NCBI GenBank assembly: GCA_015523545.1
Contig: WAKB01000011.1
Coordinates: 29,732-53,731 of the forward strand
DNA length: 24,000 nt
From: Candidatus Geothermarchaeota archaeon
GTDB taxonomy: Archaea; Thermoproteota; Nitrososphaeria; Geothermarchaeales; JDFR-13
Reading direction: 5' to 3'
Part shown: piece by piece, positions 1 through 5,300 of the stretch
How positions within the stretch are numbered: position 1 is the first letter of the stretch
Layout of the letters: every line of letters begins with the position of its first letter
Translations under genes and position numbers: made by a program
Notes under the pieces: model-generated
What the model saw: the letters and a program-made list of their open reading frames with translations, nothing else
What the model was told of the DNA's origin: nothing
Databases searched by the model: none

Positions 1-195
1 AGAGTCAGGAGTCAGGGAATAGACAATGTGACGAAAACACTGATGACATTGTCTCTCCTCGTGGCATGTGACGTGATATCACTTGATGACATCACAACCA
101 TCATACAACGTATCACATCACTCTTGGAAGAGGATATCGATCCCGAGGATATGTTTAGGATTATTAGGAAGTATCTAAAGGAGAGCTTTCAATAG
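1..195 (+). CDS. Possible C-terminal fragment of a gene that starts left of the window; product unknown
   Basis: Frame +1 is open from base 1 to TAG 193-195 (...SLLEEDIDPEDMFRIIRKYLKESFQ*). No recognisable motif. The same DNA carries direct and inverted repeats that are not mirrored in the peptide, so coding status is uncertain. Confidence 0.3.
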   Translation, partial: RVRSQGIDNVTKTLMTLSLLVACDVISLDDITTIIQRITSLLEEDIDPEDMFRIIRKYLKESFQ

Positions 196-290
196 TTAAG
201 AGATGAAGGGTTGGGATAATTGGACCCTCATTAGTTAATGATTCAAGGCCGTGTCTTCACATGCTGGAAATTGCAGGATCGAGATCACTG

Positions 291-298
291 TTTATAAT
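291..298 (+). promoter_or_regulatory. TATA-box-like element upstream of the 313-906 wHTH gene
   Basis: TTTATAAT lies 15-22 nt upstream of ATG 313 and about 27-34 nt upstream of ATG 325. This fits a leaderless or short-leader archaeal transcript. It is followed immediately by the perfect palindrome ATGACGTCAT (300-309). Confidence 0.4.
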
Positions 299-312
299 GA
301 TGACGTCATAAA

Positions 313-906
313 ATGTATATTGTCATGATATCACTCATGGATATTGCACTTACAGTATTCGTCATTTCAACATCACTTGTCATCATCATGATGATGAGAA
401 TGATCTCAGACACCAGGAGGCATATAGAAGGCCTTAGCTATTCTGAAATCTATTCTCTTCAACAAAGTATATCTAAGCTCAGAGAAGATCTGAGGACAGT
501 CAAGAGTAGGGTCTCACTATTGGAGGCCAAACTCTCCAACGAAAGGAGAGGAGGATATGAAACCAAGGAGCTCGTAGTAGCTACTACTCGTGAGGCAATA
601 CCCGAGCAGGTTTCCAATAATGTAAGATCTACAGAGCCCCCTGAAAGGAGGCCTAGAAGATCGGCAGCACTTTCAAAGGCAGAGGTAGAGGTCCTATCAC
701 TCCTTATGGATAGAGGTGAGGCCACATCATCGGAGTTGAGCTCGAGTCTGGGAAAGTCTAGGGAGCATATTTCCCGTGTCCTCAAGATGCTGTATAGTAA
801 GGGATATGTTGTTAGGATTGAGACATCCAAGCCCTATAGATATCGTGTAAACCCTAATAGGATGGATGAGATAAGGGGGTTACTGGGTGTAGAACATAGC
901 GGGTGA
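313..906 (+). CDS. Winged-helix (MarR/TrmB-like) DNA-binding protein with an N-terminal hydrophobic helix and a coiled coil
   Basis: 197-aa ORF. It has an N-terminal hydrophobic segment (ISLMDIALTVFVISTSLVIIMMM) and a heptad-like segment (SLQQSISKLREDLRTVKSRVSLLEAKL). The C-terminal wHTH is LSKAEVEVLSLLMDRGEATSSELSSSLGKSREHISRVLKMLYSKGYVVRIETSKPYRYRV. The start could instead be ATG 325 or an internal Met. Confidence 0.7.
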   Translation: MYIVMISLMDIALTVFVISTSLVIIMMMRMISDTRRHIEGLSYSEIYSLQQSISKLREDLRTVKSRVSLLEAKLSNERRGGYETKELVVATTREAIPEQVSNNVRSTEPPERRPRRSAALSKAEVEVLSLLMDRGEATSSELSSSLGKSREHISRVLKMLYSKGYVVRIETSKPYRYRVNPNRMDEIRGLLGVEHSG

Positions 907-1287
907 CGCTACCCTATACCTGTAGCTCCCTCTTCTACCGATCCTCTCTATCAACCCATCATTCACAAAACGCGATAAATATGTCGATAGAGTGGACTTC
1001 GGTATCGACTCACCATACTTCATTTCATATATCTTGTATAGGTCATGCAGAGTAAAGGTGCTCATGCCGAATTCAGATATGATTATCTCGCGTACCCTAT
1101 CAACAATGAGGGTGGTATCCTTGGATCCATCCTTCTCAGGTCCGTCTTCTGCTAGATCTTTACCACCGGCGATCATATTGAGGGCCTTGAGATACATGTA
1201 AATCTTCTCAGGATCATTGCTGGGAACCTCTATCCTGATCTTTGTACCATCGTCGGCCTCGACCTCAATCTTCACTTTTCGCTTCAT
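880..1287 (-). CDS. Small winged-helix DNA-binding protein adjacent to the origin; function unknown
   Basis: 135-aa ORF. A short N-terminal beta-like segment (KVKIEVEADDGTKIRIEVP) is followed by an acidic linker. The C-terminal wHTH is STLSTYLSRFVNDGLIERIGRRGSYRYRV, and its wing motif matches that of the 313-906 protein. Its 5' end abuts the ORB-containing intergenic region. Confidence 0.7.
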   Translation of the reverse strand: MKRKVKIEVEADDGTKIRIEVPSNDPEKIYMYLKALNMIAGGKDLAEDGPEKDGSKDTTLIVDRVREIIISEFGMSTFTLHDLYKIYEMKYGESIPKSTLSTYLSRFVNDGLIERIGRRGSYRYRVASPAMFYTQ

Positions 1288-1385
1288 GACTGTATATAGT
1301 GTAGATCTGTGAAGTGATAAAGGTTGTGTTAGCTAGGCCTCCTAAAAGGTTACATTTCAAGGGGAATCTGTATGGATATTCACAG

Positions 1386-1410
1386 GTTTCACTTGAAACA
1401 GAGGGGTTCC
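1386..1410 (+). repeat. ORB-like element A (dyad GTTTCA-CT-TGAAAC followed by AGAGGGGT)
   Basis: Sequence gtttcacttgaaacagaggggttcc. A 6-bp perfect dyad followed by a G-string resembles the Orc1-binding origin recognition boxes described in Sulfolobus, Pyrococcus and Aeropyrum. Confidence 0.55.
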
Positions 1411-1440
1411 AACCTTTCCTGTGAAAAACTGTGAAACATG

Positions 1441-1475
1441 TGAAATTCCCCACCCCTCGGTTTCATCTGTTTCAA
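1441..1475 (-). repeat. ORB-like element B, inverted relative to element A
   Basis: The reverse complement reads ttgaaacagatgaaaccgaggggtggggaatttca. It shares TTGAAACAGA and the GAGGGGT core with element A. Confidence 0.55.
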
Positions 1476-1583
1476 TATGATAATTCATATACTGAACGTA
1501 GGAAGAGTGGATGATGTTCTAGGGATGATGATCGTACTATGTATCTAATTCCGGATGTTCACCAGTCACAGAAGAGTAAAGAA

Positions 1584-1600
1584 CATTTGAAACACTTGAA
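1584..1600 (+). repeat. Mini-ORB-like element next to the orc1 start
   Basis: Sequence catttgaaacacttgaa contains TTGAAAC and CACTTGAA, both of which also occur in element A. It has no G-string. Confidence 0.35.
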
Positions 1601-1608
1601 TTGACTAG

Positions 1609-2814
1609 GTGGGAGGTGTGTCGGATGATTTCCTCGACAAGATCTTTGAGAGGGCAGTGTCTGAGAGCCCAATTTTCCGTGACAAGAAGGTTCTGTTCCA
1701 CGACTATATTCCGAATAGCCTACCGTTTAGGGATGAGGAGATTGCTCGGCTAGGTAGACTGATCTCCCCCATAATACGTGGTGAAAAGAGTTCTAACGTC
1801 TTTATCTATGGTAAGCCTGGTACGGGCAAGACCGCGGTTACGAAGTATGTACTGGGCCGGTTAAGAGACTTTCTAGAGAGGAATAGTATACCGGCCTATA
1901 TCTCATATGTCAACTGTAGGATGGCTGGAACCGAGTATAGAGTTGTCGCTAGTATCGCTTCGGATATAGGAGTTGATCTACCTTTCACAGGACTATCGGT
2001 AGAGGAAGGTATATCAAGGGTTCTTCTAAGGCTAAGGGAGGATAGGATTCCAATTATCATAGTTTTGGATGAGATAGATGTATTGGTTACTAGGTATGGT
2101 GATCAGCTTCTATACTCATTCACAAGGGCTGGATATGAAGGAGCAGATATTCCCTACATGATTATCGGGATATCTAATGACCTTAGGTTCAAGGACCTGA
2201 TGGATCCTAGGGTGCTATCTAGCCTTAGCGAAGAGGAAATCGTATTTAAACCCTACACCGCTTCTGAGCTTGAAGTAATCATCAGGGAGAGGGTGAAGCT
2301 CGCCTTTAAGCCAAATGTTGTTGAGGAAGGCAGTATCAAGTTGGCCGCAGCCCTCTCGGCCTCTGAGCATGGAGATGCTAGGAAGGCCCTCGATATCATA
2401 AGGGTTGCTGGAGAGATCGCTGAGGAGCGGGGTGACCATAAGGTTGTTGAGGAGCATGTTAGGGAGGCTTATGAGAGAATAGATGTAGAGAGGACTGCCG
2501 AGGTGATCAAGACGCTTCCCTTCCACTCAAAGATCATCCTTGTATCTCTGGTCAAGGCCGGATCAACCAATATCCAGTCCTCCAAGCTGTATACAATTTA
2601 TACTGGTTTGTGTAAGCTGGTGGGGGAGGATCCACTCTCCTATAGGAGGTTCTATAGCCTCGTCTCTGAACTAGCTGTTATGGGACTTGTGAGTAGGAGG
2701 ATATACAACTATGGACGTAGAGGTGGAAGGGTCAGTACTGTCAGGCTTCTCGTTGATAGGGAGGAACTGCTGAAATCGCTGTCCGAGGATCCGTTGATCG
2801 AGGATATTCTATAA
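1609..2814 (+). CDS. orc1: Orc1/Cdc6 replication initiator (AAA+ with C-terminal winged helix)
   Basis: Walker A is GKPGTGKT and Walker B is IIIVLDEID. GISND is a sensor-like motif. The N-terminal DYIPNSLPFRDEEI motif is typical of Orc1/Cdc6, and the C-terminal winged helix is GLVSRRIYNYGRRGGRVSTVRL. GTG start at 1609 (GTG 1618 is an alternative); there is no in-frame ATG upstream. Confidence 0.95.
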   Translation: MGGVSDDFLDKIFERAVSESPIFRDKKVLFHDYIPNSLPFRDEEIARLGRLISPIIRGEKSSNVFIYGKPGTGKTAVTKYVLGRLRDFLERNSIPAYISYVNCRMAGTEYRVVASIASDIGVDLPFTGLSVEEGISRVLLRLREDRIPIIIVLDEIDVLVTRYGDQLLYSFTRAGYEGADIPYMIIGISNDLRFKDLMDPRVLSSLSEEEIVFKPYTASELEVIIRERVKLAFKPNVVEEGSIKLAAALSASEHGDARKALDIIRVAGEIAEERGDHKVVEEHVREAYERIDVERTAEVIKTLPFHSKIILVSLVKAGSTNIQSSKLYTIYTGLCKLVGEDPLSYRRFYSLVSELAVMGLVSRRIYNYGRRGGRVSTVRLLVDREELLKSLSEDPLIEDIL

Positions 2815-2817
2815 TGC

Positions 2818-4278
2818 CTAGGCGGATAGGTCTAGGGTTAAGGGTTTTAGGTCTTCTAGATGTATGAATGCCACCTTCCCTACGTCAGGCTCTATCTTCA
2901 TCATCTTCTGGAATGTTGTCTGTTCCTGGAATGTCCCGCTGTTTATAGCAAGTACGCCGTTGATCTTCATGATTCTGAACTTATGAGTATGGCCGAAGTG
3001 TAGTAGGTCGATACTTGTGGGTAGTATCAGGCTGTCGTTTGGAGTGGGAAATACCTTTGTGTTTAGCGATAGGTTAGAGGCCACGTGGCCTGTGTTGATC
3101 ATAATCCTTGTGGCTGAGGCCACGTCATCTAGATCCACGGTAGGTGTTGATGTTAATAGGTCTTGAATATAGTCTCCATGGTAGATGTATGTATTTACAC
3201 CCTGTAAACCTATGTTTACAGGGTTTGGGAGCATGTAAACACGTGTGTCTTCATAGAGTTTTCCAGCAAATTTTTTGAATATTGGTGGCTGTGGTAAGGC
3301 GTTTCTGCTTGCGTCGTGGTTCCCGGGTATGATTATGACCTTGATCCGGCGGGGGATCTTAGATATCAGGCTATATGCATACTCGTATTGTTGCCATAGA
3401 TCGTCTATCTCCAACTCCTTCTCCTGATTCGGATATACACCTACACCATCGACAAGATCTCCGGCTATCAAGAGGGCCTTAGTCTTCCTTACGATCTCCC
3501 TAAGTAACGTGTTATCCGTCTCCCCTCTCAGTATATCTATGAATTCTAGGAAGAGCTCCTCGTTGAACTTCTTGCTCCCAACGTGAATATCCGATATAAG
3601 GGCTACATATGTATCTGCTCCTCCCGTCTGGCCTAGACTCTTCGTCTTGGGTAGATATACATCCTCTATTATCAACCGACCCTCGTTACCTACTCTGAGT
3701 TTGAGTCCAACTACGGTGTCAAGGGGAAGTCTCACCACCGTATTGTATACCTGTGGTCTTGTATTCTTGTAAACGGTTGCTGTTACCATGCCTGATAGAT
3801 CTTCAAGCTCTATTGTTACCCTATCCTCCATGACTCTCTTCGAGTATACCAAGCCGGCTACATAGACCGTTTTAATATCCTTCTTTAGGGCTATGTCGGT
3901 GAAGAGGGATGATGCTGTATAGATCTGTGATGTTCCGATGGATCTGAAGACTCTTCTCCGCAGATTCTCATACCTGCTCCTAAGTAGGTCCTGGAAAATC
4001 GCTGGATCATTTATCCTAGTGTTATCATGTTCCAAGAATATATCGATCTCAAGTTCCTCCTCCGTTTCACCAGTCTTGGTTATATATCTTTCTAGGAATG
4101 ACGTTATACTCTCCTCATCGATTATGATGCTTCCTTGTTCGAGGAGGAACTGGGTTATCCTGGCTTCGTCAAGGTCTATCTCTACGTCTTCAAACTTCTT
4201 TATGACGGTTGTAGGAACTATGTATCCCTGGCTGTTGATGTATCGAACTATCTCCTCAATCCTCACCTTTAGGTGCAC
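2818..4278 (-). CDS. polB: DNA polymerase D (Pol II) small subunit DP1
   Basis: An OB-fold-like middle region is followed by calcineurin-type phosphoesterase motifs as I recall them from euryarchaeal DP1: LISDIHVGSKKF, IAGDLVDGVGVYPNQ, IIPGNHDASRNALPQPP and FGHTH. The track ORF start at 4338 reads through the tRNA-Ser gene, so I trimmed the start to GTG 4278 (GTG 4266 is an alternative). Confidence 0.88.
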   Translation of the reverse strand: MHLKVRIEEIVRYINSQGYIVPTTVIKKFEDVEIDLDEARITQFLLEQGSIIIDEESITSFLERYITKTGETEEELEIDIFLEHDNTRINDPAIFQDLLRSRYENLRRRVFRSIGTSQIYTASSLFTDIALKKDIKTVYVAGLVYSKRVMEDRVTIELEDLSGMVTATVYKNTRPQVYNTVVRLPLDTVVGLKLRVGNEGRLIIEDVYLPKTKSLGQTGGADTYVALISDIHVGSKKFNEELFLEFIDILRGETDNTLLREIVRKTKALLIAGDLVDGVGVYPNQEKELEIDDLWQQYEYAYSLISKIPRRIKVIIIPGNHDASRNALPQPPIFKKFAGKLYEDTRVYMLPNPVNIGLQGVNTYIYHGDYIQDLLTSTPTVDLDDVASATRIMINTGHVASNLSLNTKVFPTPNDSLILPTSIDLLHFGHTHKFRIMKINGVLAINSGTFQEQTTFQKMMKIEPDVGKVAFIHLEDLKPLTLDLSA

Positions 4279-4293
4279 CTGGATCAAGTATTT

Positions 4294-4412
4294 TGGCGCC
4301 GGGAGTGGGATTTGAACCCACGCGGGGCGGAGCCCCATCGGCTGGCCCGAGCAGGGGGATCTCGAGGCCTAGGCCGCTGCGGCGACCCCTTGGGCCACTC
4401 GGGCATCCCGGC
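4294..4412 (-). tRNA. tRNA-Ser (anticodon CGA), apparently with two intervening sequences and an encoded CCA
   Basis: Acceptor stem is GCCGGGA/TCCCGGC with discriminator G and an encoded CCA. The D arm is CCCGAGTGGCCCAAGGG, the T arm is GTGGG-TTCAAAT-CCCAC, and the long variable arm is GGGGC-TCC-GCCCC. The cloverleaf closes only if about 14 nt (4369-4382) and 17 nt (4344-4360) are removed. That gives anticodon stem TCGGC/GCCGA and loop CTCGAGA. A 4-bp helix CGAG/CTCG between the anticodon and the second insert fits a bulge-helix-bulge core. Confidence 0.82.
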
Positions 4413-4420
4413 CCATGGAT

Positions 4421-4542
4421 TGGTGGAGGGGGTGGGATTTGAACCCACGAAGGCCTACGCCAGCGGGTTTCTCCTCTTTCAACCTTGAGCCCGCCCCCGA
4501 TAGCCCCCTGTAGGGGGTTGGCCAGGCTAGGGGAACCCCTCC
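4421..4542 (-). tRNA. tRNA-Leu (anticodon CAA), apparently with two intervening sequences and an encoded CCA
   Basis: Acceptor stem is GGAGGGG/CCCCTCC with discriminator A and an encoded CCA. The D loop carries AGCCTGG and the T arm is GTGGG-TTCAAAT-CCCAC. The anticodon stem GCGGG/CCCGC has loop CTCAAG..A, interrupted by about 15 nt (4469-4483). The variable arm is GGC-GTAG-GCC. An additional hairpin, CCCCC-TACA-GGGGG plus CTATC, sits in the D-loop region at about 4499-4517. The D arm is slightly atypical, with a T before the expected A14. Confidence 0.8.
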
Positions 4543-4579
4543 ACCAAAATCTAGATTGTATGGCTAGTCATTATATTGG

Positions 4580-4873
4580 TTAGTCTCTTATAGGCTCAAG
4601 AATCGCTACTGCCGACCATACCCACATCCTTGCGAATATGGGCATGTTGGGGTCATATGCCATGTTTTCTATGTTCTGTATGGCTGATGCTGCTCTGGCG
4701 GCTGGTGTCATGGACTCGTCGTCTAGTATGGCCATGGTCTCCTCGGCGAGTCTCCTAATGTTTCTAGGTATCTGTCTATTGTTAACTATCTTCCCAAGGA
4801 TCTCCTTAGCCTTCTTGAATCTTTCCTCGATCTCCGTCTTACTCATTCTTCTGGGCATAGGATCACCTCCCAC
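4580..4873 (-). CDS. UPF0147-family small helical protein (conserved archaeal, function unknown)
   Basis: The IPRNIRRLAEE...DPNMPIFARMWVW signature matches my recollection of the UPF0147 family. TATA-like elements lie in the 4874-4946 divergent promoter region. The true start may be Met at 4858 or 4846. Confidence 0.8.
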   Translation of the reverse strand: MGGDPMPRRMSKTEIEERFKKAKEILGKIVNNRQIPRNIRRLAEETMAILDDESMTPAARAASAIQNIENMAYDPNMPIFARMWVWSAVAILEPIRD

Positions 4874-4898
4874 TATAAAGGGTTGGGGAATATGAAGA

Positions 4899-4905
4899 TT
4901 TATAA
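4899..4905. promoter_or_regulatory. TATA-like element in the divergent UPF0147/UPF0148 promoter region
   Basis: TTTATAA at 4899-4905 sits in a 73-bp divergent intergenic region. Further TATA-like boxes are CTTTATAG (minus strand, 4873-4880) and ATTATAAT (4931-4938). Confidence 0.35.
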
Positions 4906-4946
4906 GGCGATGAATTAGGGGTTAGGCATCATTATAATTCGGGTGG

Positions 4947-5300
4947 ATGCTAATTCTAACTGGGATGGGAGGAGAGGAGAAGCGTATAAGTAGGTTGATG
5001 AAGCAGGGATGGATCCTCACGGATCTGGAGTGTCCATCATGTGGGTCCCCACTCTTGAAGAAGGATGACAGGTATTTCTGCGCAGTCTGTGATAGGGATG
5101 TAAAGGTTGTGGATACGTTTGATGAGTATGTCGACGAGCTTGAGAGGGAGGTTAGGAATACTCTGAGGTATAGGCTGGTCAACGAGATTAGGGGTATCCT
5201 GTCTAAGGAGGAGTTGAGTAGGGAGGATCTGGCTATGCTAGAGTCTCTTGTCAGGCTTCTTAACCTTGCTAGGAAGTCTATTCACGGTAGTGATGGTTGA
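4947..5300 (+). CDS. Zn-ribbon protein of the UPF0148 / SSSCA1 (autoantigen p27)-like family
   Basis: A zinc ribbon (CPSCGSPLLKKDDRYFCAVCD) is preceded by LMKQGW and followed by an acidic helical tail. This is the family architecture as I recall it. The start may be ATG 4965 (MGGEEK...). Confidence 0.7.
   Translation: MLILTGMGGEEKRISRLMKQGWILTDLECPSCGSPLLKKDDRYFCAVCDRDVKVVDTFDEYVDELEREVRNTLRYRLVNEIRGILSKEELSREDLAMLESLVRLLNLARKSIHGSDG

Larger units (their letters stand above)
1288..1608. other. Probable chromosomal replication origin (oriC) with ORB-like elements
   Basis: This is the longest non-coding stretch in the window and lies directly upstream of orc1/cdc6. It holds inverted ORB-like elements at 1386-1410 and 1441-1475 that share TTGAAACAGA plus a G-string. 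Between them are phased GTGAAA repeats at 1421, 1431 and 1440. Also present are an 83% AT stretch at 1474-1496, a GGATGATG direct repeat (1509-1516, 1523-1530) and a mini-ORB-like element at 1584-1600. Confidence 0.6.

Noticed and set aside
36-360. TGATGA (C-box-like) motifs at 41, 84 and 298 could mark C/D-box sRNA genes.
   Set aside because: No CTGA D or D' boxes occur at the required spacing of about 12 nt. The C to C' distance is 43 nt, which is too long. There are no terminal stem complements.
1265-1453. The 62-aa minus-strand ORF in the orc1 upstream region could be a gene.
   Set aside because: It spans the ORB-like repeats, has no motif and no plausible promoter spacing, and is better explained as non-coding origin DNA.
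4279-4338. The N-terminal 20 aa of the track ORF 2818-4338 (MGLRPAWVQIPLPAPKYLIQ) could be part of DP1.
   Set aside because: This stretch is the complement-frame read-through of the tRNA-Ser T arm and acceptor. The DP1-like sequence begins after it, so the start was moved to GTG 4278.
4431-4448. An 18-nt repeat, gtgggatttgaacccac, is shared between 4304-4321 and 4431-4448.
   Set aside because: It is simply the identical T arms of tRNA-Ser and tRNA-Leu, not a mobile-element repeat.
4273-4488. The 71-aa plus-strand ORF (MHLDQVFWRREWDLNPRGAEPHRLARAGGS...) could be a gene.
   Set aside because: It lies entirely antisense to the two tRNA genes, and its open frame is a by-product of the GC-rich tRNA sequence.
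4294-4542. The tRNA genes (including tRNA-Gly at 13326-13425) could be integration sites for a provirus or island.
   Set aside because: I noticed no duplicated tRNA 3' segment (att-like direct repeat) nearby and no adjacent integrase. The flanking genes (DP1, UPF0147, glyA, GPN GTPase) are core genes.
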